A stretch of 64,000 nucleotides of DNA from Alphaproteobacteria bacterium. GTDB taxonomy: Bacteria; Pseudomonadota; Alphaproteobacteria; MPNO01. The notes under the pieces are model-generated. The model ran no database searches. It had not been told where the DNA came from and saw only the letters and a program-made list of their open reading frames with translations. How positions within the stretch are numbered: the first letter of the stretch is position 1; every line of letters begins with the position of its first letter. Shown here in pieces: positions 8,210-18,753 of the stretch. Both the position numbers and the translations under genes were made by a program. The stretch spans positions 192,001-256,000 of the forward strand of contig OZ219866.1 in NCBI GenBank assembly GCA_964291675.2, given 5' to 3'.

Positions 8210-9475
8210 CTACCCCGCCGCGCGCGCGGGCTCGTCGGCCTCCAGCGCAGCCGTCATCGCGGCCCGGCGGGTGCGCGCCCAGAGCCAGACCAGCAGGCAG
8301 ATCGCCGCGCCGCCGATCACCGGCCATTGCAGCCCGATCCAGCTCGACAGCGAGCCCATGATCAGCGCGCCGATGGCCGGCGCGCCGCGGTTGATCATGC
8401 CGTAGAGGCTCATCACCCGGCCGCGCAGCCCGGGATCGACCGCGTTCTGCAGCAGCGTCTGCTCGCCCACCCCGACCACGATCAGGGCGAAGCCGGCGAC
8501 CGCGAGGCAGGGCAGCGCGAGCCAGAACGCATCGGTGGCGGCGAAGCCGATCAGCACCGCGCCGAGCAACGCGATGCCGGCGACCGTGGTCGCGGTGAGC
8601 CCGGCGACGGCGCCGCGCTGGGCGAGCCAGAGCCCGCCCAGCATGGCGCCGAGACCGGCCGCCGAGGTCAGCCAGGCGAGCCCCTCGGCGCCGCGCCCGA
8701 ACACCGCGTCGGCGAAGCCCGGCAGCAGCTCCAGCACCGGGCGGCCGCACAGCGCGACGATGGTGAGGATGGCGAGCATCGGCCCGATGCCGGCGTGGCG
8801 GGCGGCATAGGCGTAGCCCTCGGCGATCTCGCCCGGCATGTTGCGGATGGCGCGCGCGGCCCTGCGGCTCTCGCCGTGCTCCAGCCGGATGCGCGACAAG
8901 ACGGCGAGGAACACCACGAAGCTCGCCGCGTTGAAGGCGAACGCCCAGCCGATGCCGTAGCGGACGATCAGGAACCCCGCCACCATCGGGCCTATGAAAC
9001 GCGCGCCGTTGAAGATCAGCGAGTTGATGCCGATCGCCGCCGACAGGTCCCGGCGCGGGACCAGGCTCGGCACGATGGCGAGCCGCACCGGCTGACCGAA
9101 GGCGAGCACCGTCCCGCCCGCCGCCACCAGCACCAGCAGGATCTCGATGGTGATCGCGCCGCTCAGCGTGAACCCCGCGAGCAGGACCGCCTGGACGAGG
9201 TTGAGGGCCTGGATCGTCTTGACCGCGCTGAGCCGGTCGACCCGGTCGGCGACCGCGCCGGTGATCGGCGCCAGGAGGACGGTCGGGAACAGATCGGCGA
9301 AGGCGATGATGCCGAGCCAGGTGCCCGAATTGGTGAGCTCCCAGGCGAGCCAGCCGACCGACATGCGTTGCACCCAGGTGCCGACATGCGAGGCCACGTT
9401 GCCGGCCGAGAACAGGCGGAAGTCGCGATGCGCGAGCGCGCTCCGAATGGGGTCGAACCGGGTCGGGAACTTCAT
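8210..9475 (-). CDS. MFS transporter (DUF894/MFS_3-like)
   Basis: SALAHRDFRLF...SHVGTWVQRM...GAVADRVDR; about 12 hydrophobic segments; LRGRVMSLY. Confidence 0.9.
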   Translation of the reverse strand: MKFPTRFDPIRSALAHRDFRLFSAGNVASHVGTWVQRMSVGWLAWELTNSGTWLGIIAFADLFPTVLLAPITGAVADRVDRLSAVKTIQALNLVQAVLLAGFTLSGAITIEILLVLVAAGGTVLAFGQPVRLAIVPSLVPRRDLSAAIGINSLIFNGARFIGPMVAGFLIVRYGIGWAFAFNAASFVVFLAVLSRIRLEHGESRRAARAIRNMPGEIAEGYAYAARHAGIGPMLAILTIVALCGRPVLELLPGFADAVFGRGAEGLAWLTSAAGLGAMLGGLWLAQRGAVAGLTATTVAGIALLGAVLIGFAATDAFWLALPCLAVAGFALIVVGVGEQTLLQNAVDPGLRGRVMSLYGMINRGAPAIGALIMGSLSSWIGLQWPVIGGAAICLLVWLWARTRRAAMTAALEADEPARAAG

Positions 9476-9684
9476 CGGCGCGTCTGGGCCAGGGCGCGCG
9501 AACGATAGCAGAGCCGCGCGCAAGCGGCCAATCGGGTGCCGCGCGCGCCCGAATCCCGCAGCGACGACGGGGCAAGAAAACCCCTTGCACGGACCAATGC
9601 TACCATGAGTAGAATACCCGAGGAGACGCACTACCGTCATTTCCCCAGACATCCGGCGCATCCGACGCCGAGGAGTCCCCGATC

Positions 9685-12600
9685 ATGAACGGAGCCGCAA
9701 ACCGAGCGGGTCGAGAGCCGAGAGCGCCAGGTGGATCGGGGAGGGACCGGGCAGGGTCCGCGCACCGTCCGGGCGTAAACCCGTGCAGCCGCGCTCCGCG
9801 GACGCGCGCCGGGGGCGCGCTGGCGGCGCTGGCGCTTGCCGCGGCGGTGACCGCGACCGTCCCCGGCGTCGCCGGGGCGCAGACCCGCGCGACGGTGACC
9901 GTCGAGGCGACGCTGCCCACGACCCAGCTCGAGGGGGGCCCGCTCTGGTTCGAGGTCGAGCGTTCGGGCGCCCCGACCGACGCGGCGCTCGACGTGGCGG
10001 TGCAGGTTTCCGAGACCGGGGCCATGCTCCCCGCCGCCGCGAAGGGCGTGCGCACGGTCACCATCCCGGAGTTCGGCGAAGTCGGCCATCTCGTCATCGA
10101 CTCGATCGCCGACCTGACCGACGAGGCGGACAGCACCGTCAGCGTCTTTGTGCTCGAGAGAAGCGGGTATCGCGTCGGATCGCCCGCGCGGGCGCGAGCG
10201 ACCGTCACGGACGACGACATTCCGGTGGTGAACGTGGAAGCGGTCGCGGGCTCGGTGCGGGAGGGAAGCCCGGCCGTGTTCCGCGTCACCCGGGTGGGGC
10301 TGACCGCCCAGGCCCTCACGGTCGAGCTCGACGTGTTCGACCGCAACGGGGCGCTCACCGGCCCGGCGCTGGCCACCGGGTCGGCGACGATCGGGGCCGG
10401 CAGCAGCGCCGCGGAGATCTCGCTCGCCACGCGAGACGACAATGTGGATGGACCCCGGGGCGAGGCCTGGGTCCGGGTGCTGGCGGGCGACGGCTACACG
10501 ACGGGGGTCGGCGCGGAGGCGATGGTGCGCGTCGAGGACGACGAGCTGCCCGCGGTGAGCGTCGAGGCCGTCCAGGACCCGGTCAACGAGGGCACGCCCG
10601 CGCAGTTCACCGTGACCAGGACGGGCGTGCTGGACGACGAGCTCGAAGTGCGGCTCGCGGTCTCCGAGACCGGCGACATGGTCGATGCGGCGCTGCCCGG
10701 CAGTGTCGTCATCCCGGCCGGCCAGAATTCGGCGGGGGTGGAAATACCGACCGTCGACGACTCGACGGACGAGAGCAACGGCAGCGTGCGCGTCTCGCTG
10801 GTCTCGTCGACCGCCTACCGCCTCGGCACCGCGCGATCGGCGAGCGTCGGGATCGACGACGACGAGACGCCGACGGTCGGCATCGTGGCGGTGGGCGCGA
10901 CGGTCACCGAGGGCGCCGCTGCGCATTTCCGCCTCACCCGCGCCGGCCACACCGCCGACACCCTCACCGTCCCGCTGAGCGTCTTCGAGGAAGGCGACGT
11001 GCTCACCGACGCCGCGCGCCAGACTTCCTCGGTCGTCTTCGCCAGCGGTCGCGCCAGCGCGGCGCTTCGGCTCGCGACCGACGACGACGCGCTCGAGGAG
11101 CGCGACGGGCGCGTGACCGTCTACCTCGACCCGGGCGGCACGCACGGCCTCTCCCTGACCGCGCAGAACGCCTCGGTCGCGGTCGGCGACAACGACCGGA
11201 CGGGCTTCTCCATCGAGGCCGAGTCCGATGCCATTACGGAGGGCGGGACCGCCGAGTTCCGCGTGATCCGCGACGGGCTGGGGGAGTCGGCGGTCACCGT
11301 GCGGGTCTCGGTGAGCAAGCAGGGCGACATGTTCGCCGACAGCGCGACCGAGACCGTCGACGTGGCGTTCGCCGCGGATGTCTTCGAGGCAAGGTTCAGC
11401 ATCGAGACCATGAACGACGAGGCGGACGAGATCGACGGCGCGGTGAACGCGACCCTGCTCTCCGGCACCTTGTATTCGCTTCGGGCCGCGCGCAGCGCGC
11501 GGGTCGCGGTCAGGGACGACGACCTGGTCAACATAACCGTCGCCGGGCCCGCCTCGCCGGTCTCCGAGGGCTCGACCGCGGTCTTCACCTTCACCCGCGA
11601 CGGCTTCCTCGACCGCGAGCAGGCGATCAGGGTGTTCCATTACTCGAGCGGCAAGTGGACGGCGGCGGAGACGGGCACGACCACGGTGCGCTTCTCGCGC
11701 GGGTCGAGCACCGCGCGGCTCTCCCTGCCGATCTACGACGACGAGATCGACAACGACACGGACGTCACCGTCGGCGTGGACGTGTTGCGCACCTACGAGC
11801 ATGAGCTGGCCAGCTTCAGGCTGCCGGGGCGGGGCGGGGCGACGGTCACCGTGACCGACAACGACACCGACGACAACCTTCCCGTCGTCTCGGCGAGCGC
11901 GTCCGGGTCCGTCGTCGAGGGGCGGGACGCGGTCTTCACCCTGCGGCGAACCGGCATCACCGGGCACCCGCTGCTGGTCGCGGTCCACGTGACGGAGACG
12001 GGCGCGATGCTGGACGGCTCCCCGCCCCGGGAAGCGATGATCGCCCGCGGGTCGTCCACCGCCGCCGTCAGGGTGCGCACCCGCGCCGACGGCGTCGCCG
12101 AGGAGAGCAGCAGCGTGACGCTGCGGGTCGTGCAGGCCTTCGCCGACTACACCACGAACGCCGCGAGCGAGAGCGCGAGCCTGACGGTGCTCGACAACAC
12201 CGGCTATGTCGAGCCGACGGTGACGATCGCAAGGCTCGGATCGGCGACCGTCGAGGAGGGAACCGACCTGCGCTTCCGGGTCTCGCGCACCGGAACGACG
12301 ATCGGCCGGATCTCGGTCAATCTCGGGATCGGCGAGACCGGGAGTACGCTCAGGGGGCACCGTCCGCGGTCGGTGACGCTCGATCCGGACGCCACCGGCG
12401 CGACCGTCACGCTGTCCACCGACAACGACGACAGGGTCGAGCAGCCGAGCGTCGTCACCGTGACGCTGCGCAGCGGCGACCGCTACACCGTGGGCTCGCC
12501 AGCCTCGGCGACGGTCACGGTGAACGACGACGACACCGCCGGCTCGTCCCTCTCGCTGTCGCGCAGCGTCTCCCCCGACGGTCCCGGGACCGCCTTCGCC

Positions 12601-14298
12601 GCGAGCGCCGGGCCCGCGCTCTCGGTCGCCGATTCCGCGGTCGACGAGGCCCCGGGCGCGACCCTCGACTTCGTCGTGACCCTGAGCCCGGCGGCGGCCC
12701 GGACCGTCACCGTCGAGTACCGCACCGGCAACGGCACGGCGGACGCGGGCACCGACTACCGGCGCACGGCCGGAACCCTCGGCTTCGGGCCCGGGGAGAC
12801 CCGGAAGACGGTCTCCGTGCCGGTGCTCGACGACCCGCTCCACGAGGGCTCGGAGACCATGACGTTGAGTCTGTCGAACCCGTCGGGGGCGGCGATCGGC
12901 GACGGCGAGGCGACCGGCACCATCCGCAATACCGACGTCATGCCCGGGGCGTGGATCGCGCGCTTCGGCCGCGCGGTGGCGGAGCAGGCGATCGGCGCGG
13001 TGGAGGCGAGGCTGGCCTCGCCGCGCGCGCCGGGGCTCGCGGGGTCGGTAGCCGGCCGGGCCCTGGCCGGCGTCGCGGCCGGCGCGGCGGCGGGCGGGGA
13101 CGGCTTCGCGCCGCTTGCCTTCGGGTCCCGCACGGCGACGGACCGCGAGCTTCTCGCCGGCTCCTCCTTCGCGCTGGCCGGAGGGTCGGCGGAGCGCGGC
13201 TCGGCGGCGTTCTGGGGCGGCGGCGCGGCGACCCGCTTCGACGGGCGCGCGGGCGGGCGCGGCCTCGACGGCGAGGTGGCGGGCGCGACGCTCGGCGTGG
13301 ACTACGCGCAAGACCTCGTGCTGGCCGGGCTGATGGTCTCGCACGCGCGCGGCGAAGGCGACTACCGGGCGGGCGCCGGCGGCGCGGTCTCCTCCAGCCT
13401 CACCTCCGTCTTCCCCTACGCCCGCTACGCGCTCGGCGACCGGGTCGCGCTGTGGGGCATGGCGGGCTACGGCGCGGGCAAGCTGACGCTGAAGCCGCAG
13501 GGCGGGGCGAAGCTGCACCCGGATACCGACCTGATGATGGGGGCGGCCGGGTTGCGCGGCGTGCTGCTCGACGGCGCCGGCGACGGGCCGACGCTGGCGG
13601 CGAAGTCGGACGCCTTCGCGCTGCGCATGCGGGCCGACGCGGCGGCCGGGCTGGCGGCATCGGAGGCGCAGGTGACGCGGCTGCGCCTCGCGCTGGAGGG
13701 CGCGCAGGCGTTCGGCCTCGGCGCGGGCGTCGTTCTGACCCCGCGCCTGGAGCTCGGGCTGCGCCACGACGGGGGCGACGCCGAGACCGGCACCGGGGCC
13801 GATATCGGGGCGGGGCTCGACTTCGCCGACCGGGCGCGCGGGCTGTCCGCCGGGATGCGTGCGCGCGGGCTGCTCACCCACGAGGCCGGCGGCTTCCGCG
13901 ACCGCGGCCTCGCGGCGACGCTCGCCTACGACCCGGCGCCGGGCTCCGAGCGCGGCCTCTCGCTCGGCCTGGCGCAGAGCGTGGGCGGTCCGGCGTCGGG
14001 CGGGGCCGATGCGCTGTTCGCCCGCCCCGCGCCGGCGCACGACGGCGGGGACGGTTTCGCCCGGCGCCGCTTCGAGGCGCGGCTCGGCTACGGGCTCGGG
14101 GCGTCGGGCGGGCGCTGGACGGCGGTGCCGGAGCTGCGCCTCGGGCTGTCGCAGGCGGATCGCGAGGCGCGCCTCGGCCTGCGCCTGCGGGCGGCCGCCG
14201 GCTTCGAGATGCGCCTCGAGGCGGCGCGCCGCGAGCCGGCCGACGGCGACACCCCGCCGGAGAGCCGCATCGCCCTCACCGCCGCCGCGCGCTGGTAG
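9685..14298 (+). CDS. Large surface protein: tandem Calx-beta-like repeats plus C-terminal autotransporter-like beta-barrel
   Basis: Signal-like hydrophobic stretch ending AGA-Q; about 8-9 ~100-aa repeats (VxEG..A.F..TR.G...DD..DE...Y.VG....A.V.V.DDD); WIARFGRAVAEQA linker; alternating beta-strand C-terminus ending in W. Confidence 0.8.
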   Translation: MNGAANRAGREPRAPGGSGRDRAGSAHRPGVNPCSRAPRTRAGGALAALALAAAVTATVPGVAGAQTRATVTVEATLPTTQLEGGPLWFEVERSGAPTDAALDVAVQVSETGAMLPAAAKGVRTVTIPEFGEVGHLVIDSIADLTDEADSTVSVFVLERSGYRVGSPARARATVTDDDIPVVNVEAVAGSVREGSPAVFRVTRVGLTAQALTVELDVFDRNGALTGPALATGSATIGAGSSAAEISLATRDDNVDGPRGEAWVRVLAGDGYTTGVGAEAMVRVEDDELPAVSVEAVQDPVNEGTPAQFTVTRTGVLDDELEVRLAVSETGDMVDAALPGSVVIPAGQNSAGVEIPTVDDSTDESNGSVRVSLVSSTAYRLGTARSASVGIDDDETPTVGIVAVGATVTEGAAAHFRLTRAGHTADTLTVPLSVFEEGDVLTDAARQTSSVVFASGRASAALRLATDDDALEERDGRVTVYLDPGGTHGLSLTAQNASVAVGDNDRTGFSIEAESDAITEGGTAEFRVIRDGLGESAVTVRVSVSKQGDMFADSATETVDVAFAADVFEARFSIETMNDEADEIDGAVNATLLSGTLYSLRAARSARVAVRDDDLVNITVAGPASPVSEGSTAVFTFTRDGFLDREQAIRVFHYSSGKWTAAETGTTTVRFSRGSSTARLSLPIYDDEIDNDTDVTVGVDVLRTYEHELASFRLPGRGGATVTVTDNDTDDNLPVVSASASGSVVEGRDAVFTLRRTGITGHPLLVAVHVTETGAMLDGSPPREAMIARGSSTAAVRVRTRADGVAEESSSVTLRVVQAFADYTTNAASESASLTVLDNTGYVEPTVTIARLGSATVEEGTDLRFRVSRTGTTIGRISVNLGIGETGSTLRGHRPRSVTLDPDATGATVTLSTDNDDRVEQPSVVTVTLRSGDRYTVGSPASATVTVNDDDTAGSSLSLSRSVSPDGPGTAFAASAGPALSVADSAVDEAPGATLDFVVTLSPAAARTVTVEYRTGNGTADAGTDYRRTAGTLGFGPGETRKTVSVPVLDDPLHEGSETMTLSLSNPSGAAIGDGEATGTIRNTDVMPGAWIARFGRAVAEQAIGAVEARLASPRAPGLAGSVAGRALAGVAAGAAAGGDGFAPLAFGSRTATDRELLAGSSFALAGGSAERGSAAFWGGGAATRFDGRAGGRGLDGEVAGATLGVDYAQDLVLAGLMVSHARGEGDYRAGAGGAVSSSLTSVFPYARYALGDRVALWGMAGYGAGKLTLKPQGGAKLHPDTDLMMGAAGLRGVLLDGAGDGPTLAAKSDAFALRMRADAAAGLAASEAQVTRLRLALEGAQAFGLGAGVVLTPRLELGLRHDGGDAETGTGADIGAGLDFADRARGLSAGMRARGLLTHEAGGFRDRGLAATLAYDPAPGSERGLSLGLAQSVGGPASGGADALFARPAPAHDGGDGFARRRFEARLGYGLGASGGRWTAVPELRLGLSQADREARLGLRLRAAAGFEMRLEAARREPADGDTPPESRIALTAAARW

Positions 14299-14346
14299 CC
14301 CGCGCCGCGACCCGGGGCAGGCCAGGACAGCGGCAGGAATTCCGCG

Positions 14347-14664
14347 CTAGCGAACCGCCTCCACCTTGAGGCGAAGCCGCTCGCGATCCTGCAGGCAGCC
14401 GATGACCTCGAAGAGGTTCCGGGCCTGGGGATTTCCGTCGGGACCGAACATGCGCATAAGGCTCTTGGGCGACTTCTCGGTCAGAATGCCAAGCTCCCGA
14501 AACCCGATCGTGGCGTTGATGTAGTCGCGCAGAATTGTCTTGCCGGTGTCCATATCGCCCGAAAGCAGGCGCTCGACCCCCTCCTTGAGCAGCGCCTCGC
14601 GGAAGGCCGGGTCGCGGTCGATGCGTCGCTTGACGGTTTCCTTGAAGTCGCGTGTGAGAGACAT
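14347..14664 (-). CDS. Addiction-module-type HTH antitoxin / transcriptional regulator
   Basis: MSLTRDFKETV...GKTILRDYINATIGF...PKSLMRMFGPDGNPQARNLF. Confidence 0.8.
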   Translation of the reverse strand: MSLTRDFKETVKRRIDRDPAFREALLKEGVERLLSGDMDTGKTILRDYINATIGFRELGILTEKSPKSLMRMFGPDGNPQARNLFEVIGCLQDRERLRLKVEAVR

Positions 14665-14743
14665 GGCTCTCAGCCCTCCGATTGAACCACCGCGCATGGA
14701 GGCTGCGGCCCTTGGGATCGACATATTCCCCGATTGCGATCAT
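14665..14743 (-). pseudogene. RelE/HigB-like toxin N-terminal remnant
   Basis: MIAIGEYVDPKGRSLHARWFNR resembles the I.EY.D..GRSPF..W start of addiction-module killers. The rest is deleted. GAGG RBS and GTAAC-N6-GTTAC palindrome (14753-14768) upstream. Confidence 0.6.
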
Positions 14744-14868
14744 GCCTCATTAGTAACATTTGCGTTACCAAACGGTCGGTCAAGCCTGCCGAAGGGACGC
14801 CCGCCTTGCCGTCCGGCACAACCGCTGATAGCTTGCCGGCGACCCTGACCCCGACCCCGGAGCCCGCC

Positions 14869-16194
14869 ATGCCGGACACTGCGCGCAGCACGGCGAACAC
14901 GCTTGAGCCGTATTTCATGCCGTTCACGGCGAACCGTCATTTCAAGTCGGCGCCGCGGATCATCGTATCGGCCGAGGGCGTGCACTACCGCACCGACGAC
15001 GGCCGGCGCCTGCTCGACGGCTCGGCCGGGATGTGGTGCGTCAATGCGGGGCACGGCCGCGAGAAGATCGTGCGCGCGATCCAGGCCCAGGCGGCGGCGA
15101 TGGACTATGCGCCGGCGTTCCAGTGCGGCCACCCGGGCGCGTTCGAGCTGGCCGGGCGTCTGGCGGCCCTGCTGCCGGGCTCGCTGGACCATGCGTTCTT
15201 CTGCAACTCGGGCTCGGAGGCGGTGGACACGGCGCTGAAGATCGCGCTCGCCTATCACCGCCAGAACGGCGAGGCGACGCGGACCCGTCTGATCGGCCGC
15301 GAGCGCGCCTATCACGGCGTCGGCTTCGGCGGCACGGCGGTTGGCGGGATGCCGAACAACCGCAAGCAGTTCGGCAACCTGGTGGCCGGCGTCGACCATC
15401 TGCGCCACACCTACGATGCGGAGCAGATGGCGTTCTCGCGCGGCCACCCGGCATGGGGGGCGCATCTGGCGGACGATCTGGAGCGGCTCTGCGCGCTGCA
15501 CGATCCCTCGACGATCGCGGCCGTGATCGTCGAGCCGGTGGCGGGCTCGACCGGTGTCCTGGTGCCGCCGGAGGGCTATCTGGCGCGGCTTCGGGAGATC
15601 TGCGACCGGCACGGGATATTGCTGATCCTGGACGAGGTGATCACCGGGTTCGGGCGGCTGGGCGCGGCGTTCGCCGCCGAGCGCTTCGCCGTCGAGCCGG
15701 ACATGATCACCATGGCCAAGGGTCTGACCAACGCGACGGTGCCGATGGCGGCGGTGGGCGTGAGCAAGCGGATCCACGACACGCTGATGGAAGGTCCGGC
15801 CGGCGTCGAGCTGTTCCACGGCTACACCTATTCGGGCCATCCGCTGGCCTGCGCGGCGGGTCTGGCGACGCTGGAGGTCTATGCCGAGGAGGGGTTGTTC
15901 GAGCGCGCGCGCACCCTGGCGCCGCTGTGGGAGGACGCGCTGCACGGGCTCCGCGGGCGGCGGGGCGTGATCGACATCCGCAATATCGGCCTGATGGGGG
16001 CGGTCGAGCTGGCGCCGCGCCCGGATTCGCCCGGGGCGCGCGGCCTGGAGGTCTATCTCGAATGCTTCAACACCGGTCTGATCGCGCGCCAGACCGGCGA
16101 CACCATCGCGCTGTCGCCGCCGCTGATCATCACCGGGGACCAGATCGCCGAGCTTGCCGCCATCCTGGGCGCCGCCATCGACGCGGTGGAGTGA
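14869..16194 (+). CDS. Omega-amino acid:pyruvate aminotransferase (class III, beta-alanine-pyruvate type)
   Basis: MPFTANRHFK, NSGSEAVDTALKIA, YHGVGFGG, DEVITGFGRLG, MAKGLTN and HGYTYSGHP. Confidence 0.9.
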   Translation: MPDTARSTANTLEPYFMPFTANRHFKSAPRIIVSAEGVHYRTDDGRRLLDGSAGMWCVNAGHGREKIVRAIQAQAAAMDYAPAFQCGHPGAFELAGRLAALLPGSLDHAFFCNSGSEAVDTALKIALAYHRQNGEATRTRLIGRERAYHGVGFGGTAVGGMPNNRKQFGNLVAGVDHLRHTYDAEQMAFSRGHPAWGAHLADDLERLCALHDPSTIAAVIVEPVAGSTGVLVPPEGYLARLREICDRHGILLILDEVITGFGRLGAAFAAERFAVEPDMITMAKGLTNATVPMAAVGVSKRIHDTLMEGPAGVELFHGYTYSGHPLACAAGLATLEVYAEEGLFERARTLAPLWEDALHGLRGRRGVIDIRNIGLMGAVELAPRPDSPGARGLEVYLECFNTGLIARQTGDTIALSPPLIITGDQIAELAAILGAAIDAVE

Positions 16195-16222
16195 GAAAGG
16201 CCTTGAAGTCGGGGCTGGCACG

Positions 16223-16246
16223 GGCTATCTGTCCAGTTAGATAGCC
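16223..16246. promoter_or_regulatory. Inverted repeat, probable autoregulatory operator of the phd-vapC locus
   Basis: GGCTATCT-N8-AGATAGCC, 16 bp upstream of the antitoxin start. Confidence 0.5.
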
Positions 16247-16262
16247 AGATGAGGCTCGTGCG

Positions 16263-16502
16263 ATGTGGACGCTCCAGGACGCCAAAAACCGGTTCAGCGC
16301 CGTCGTGAACGCGGCGCTCGCGGGCACGCCGCAGGAGGTGACACGGCGCGGCAAGCCAGCCGTCGTCGTTCTCTCCACCCTGGAATACCGCCGCCTGGTC
16401 GCGCGGGCCGGTGAGGCTCGCGGCTCCTTCGTCGATCATCTGCTTTCCTTCCCCGGCCCGATCGAGCGCGCCAGGACCGCCGCCCGCCCCGTCGAGTTTT
16501 GA
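16263..16502 (+). CDS. Phd/YefM family antitoxin
   Basis: MWTLQDAKNRFSAVVNAALAGTPQEVTRRGKPAVVV. Confidence 0.88.
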   Translation: MWTLQDAKNRFSAVVNAALAGTPQEVTRRGKPAVVVLSTLEYRRLVARAGEARGSFVDHLLSFPGPIERARTAARPVEF

Positions 16503-16903
16503 AGTTCCTCCTCGACACCGACGTGCTGTCGGCTGCGCGGCGCCCCGGGCGCGCTCCCCGGGCCGCGGCCTGGCTGAGGTCGCGGCGGGAGGAAGACCTC
16601 TATCTCAGCGTCGTGACGCTCGGCGAAATCGAGCGGGGTATCGCGCTCCAGGTCCCGCGCCGACCGGAATTCGCCGCGGACCTGCGCATGTGGATCGAAG
16701 GCACGCTACGCCTGTTCGCGGACCGTCTCCTGCCCTTCGGCGCGGAGGAGGCGCGCATCTGGGGACGGCTCTCCGCGAAGCTCGGCCACGACGGCGCCGA
16801 CCTGCAAATCGCCGCCACGGCGCTGGCGCAGGGCGCCGTCGTCGTTACCGGGAACGTAGCGGATTTCGAACCGACGGGGGTGGCAGTCGAGAACCCGTTC
16901 TAG
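16499..16903 (+). CDS. vapC: VapC family PIN-domain toxin
   Basis: FLLDTDVLS, SVVTLGEIERG, DLQIAATA and VVTGNVADF; 4-bp overlap with the antitoxin. Confidence 0.88.
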   Translation: MKFLLDTDVLSAARRPGRAPRAAAWLRSRREEDLYLSVVTLGEIERGIALQVPRRPEFAADLRMWIEGTLRLFADRLLPFGAEEARIWGRLSAKLGHDGADLQIAATALAQGAVVVTGNVADFEPTGVAVENPF

Positions 16904-17185
16904 GGCATCGGCAGGCCGGTCCTTCGATACGCGGCTTCGCCGCTACTCAGGATGAGGCTGCGGGGTGAGCGCGGGCCGGGAAAAGCACCTCGTCCCGGGT
17001 AGCCCCCGAAGCGGGCGTATCGAAGGACGCCTGGCCCCGGCGTTCCCCCCTTGTCATGCCCGGGCCTGCCCCGGATCACGGTCCGGATCGAGCCCGGGGC
17101 CCGCTCGCGAGGTCCCGCGGCTTGGAACGGCGCCCGAGCCGCCATATCATATCCGTCATAACCCATGCCGAAAGGGTCATGGACG

Positions 17186-18709
17186 ATGGCGGCGCGACGG
17201 CTGGCGGGGCGGGCGGCTTGTGGGCTCGCGCTCTGCCTGGCCTGGCTCTTCGCCGCCCCCGCCGCCCCGGCGGAGGATGCGAGGTGCCGCGCCGCGCCCG
17301 ACCGTGCCTGCCTGATCCGCCACGCGCTGGCGACCGCCCGGAAGGTCGGGGACGCCGGCGCCAGGGCCGCGGCGCTCAGGGACATCGCGGCGGTGCAGGC
17401 CGAGGCCGGCGAGGCGAGGCGCGCGCGCTGGACCTTCCACCGGGCGCGCGTGACCGCCGAGGGGATCGCGGACGCCTTCGGCCGGGCCGCCGCGCTCAAG
17501 GAGATCGCCGCGGCGCAGGCCGGGGCGGGCGAGGCGCGGGCCGCGCGCGCCACCGCCGATGCGGCGCTCGCCAGCGCCCGGCGCATCGAGGACGCATCCG
17601 AGCGGGCGCTCGCGCTGCGCGGCATCGCCGCCGCGCAGGCCGGGGCGGGCGATCCGCAGGCCGCGCGCGCTACCGCGGCGGCGGCGCTATCGGCCGCACG
17701 GCGCATCGAATGCGCCCTGGTCCGCGCCCATGCGCTGGCCGGGATCGCCTGGGAGCAGGCCGAGGAGGGCGATGCGCAGGCAGCGCTGGCGACCGCCCGG
17801 GCGGCGCTCGCCGCCGCCCGTCGGATCCCGCCCGGCCTCGCCCGGGCCGGGGTGCTGCCGACGATCGCCGCGGCGCAGGCGGCGGCGGGGGATGCCGATT
17901 CCGCGCTCGCCACGGCGCGGCGGATCGGCGACCCCGCCGGCCGGGCGCGGGCGCTCGGCGACATCGCGGCGGCGCGGGCCGAGGCGGGCGACCCGGGCGG
18001 CGCATTCGCCACCGCGCGGCGGATCGCGGACCCCGCCCGCAAGGCGGCGGCGCTGGTGGACATAGCGGCGGCCGAGATCGCGGCGGGCGATGCCAGGGGC
18101 GCGCTCGCCACGCTGGGCGCGGCGCGGTCGAACGCGGCCAGGATCGCGAGCCCGTTCCACCGGACCCGGGCGCTCGCGCGCATCGCCGGAGCGCAGGCCG
18201 GGGCGGGCGATGCGCGCGCCGCGCGCGCCAGCTTCGATGCCGCGCGCGCGGCCGCCGAAGGGATCGCGGCCGACCCCCCCAGGGCCGGGGCGTTCGACCT
18301 GCTGGCGCGGGCGCGGGCCGCGGCGGGCGATGCCGGGGGCGCGCGCGCGGCCTTCGCGGCGGCGCAGGCGGCGGCGGAGCGGATCGGCGACCCAAGCAAG
18401 CGGTTGGCGGCGCTCGCCGACATCGCGACGGCCCGGGTCGAGGCGGGCGACGCCGGGGGCGCGCTCGCGAGCGCCGCCGCGGCGCTGGCGGCGGCCGGGA
18501 AGACGGGCGGCGATGCGGCGGAGGCCGCTTCGGGCGGGCCGACCCGGTTCGAGCCGGGCCGCGGGTGGTCGCTGGCGGAGATCGCCGCGGCGCAGGCCAG
18601 GGCCGGCGATCCGCGGGCCGCGCTCGCCACCGCCGGCCGGATCGAACGCGCCGCGACCAGGCTGTGGGCGCTCACCGCCATCGCCGCCGCCCTCGCCGGG
18701 CGGCGCTGA
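17186..18709 (+). CDS. Secreted Ala-rich TPR-like repeat protein (paralogue 1)
   Basis: Signal peptide, CRAAPDRACLI cap, then tandem 33-41 aa units AGD..GA.ATA..I.D...RA.AL..IAAAQA. Confidence 0.75.
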   Translation: MAARRLAGRAACGLALCLAWLFAAPAAPAEDARCRAAPDRACLIRHALATARKVGDAGARAAALRDIAAVQAEAGEARRARWTFHRARVTAEGIADAFGRAAALKEIAAAQAGAGEARAARATADAALASARRIEDASERALALRGIAAAQAGAGDPQAARATAAAALSAARRIECALVRAHALAGIAWEQAEEGDAQAALATARAALAAARRIPPGLARAGVLPTIAAAQAAAGDADSALATARRIGDPAGRARALGDIAAARAEAGDPGGAFATARRIADPARKAAALVDIAAAEIAAGDARGALATLGAARSNAARIASPFHRTRALARIAGAQAGAGDARAARASFDAARAAAEGIAADPPRAGAFDLLARARAAAGDAGGARAAFAAAQAAAERIGDPSKRLAALADIATARVEAGDAGGALASAAAALAAAGKTGGDAAEAASGGPTRFEPGRGWSLAEIAAAQARAGDPRAALATAGRIERAATRLWALTAIAAALAGRR

Positions 18710-18753
18710 CGCGGCCCGAAGGGGCGCAAGGCAGGCGCGTTTGGCGTGGCGCG
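18646..18753 (+). repeat. 108-bp direct repeat (copy 1; copy 2 at 23855-23962)
   Basis: Covers the 3' end of the repeat-protein gene plus downstream DNA; about 6 mismatches between copies by manual comparison. Confidence 0.85.

Noticed and set aside
9637-14040. 1467-aa antisense ORF and the many other long overlapping Arg/Pro/Ala-rich ORFs in the track
   Set aside because: These are shadow frames of real genes in very GC-rich DNA, with no recognisable motifs.
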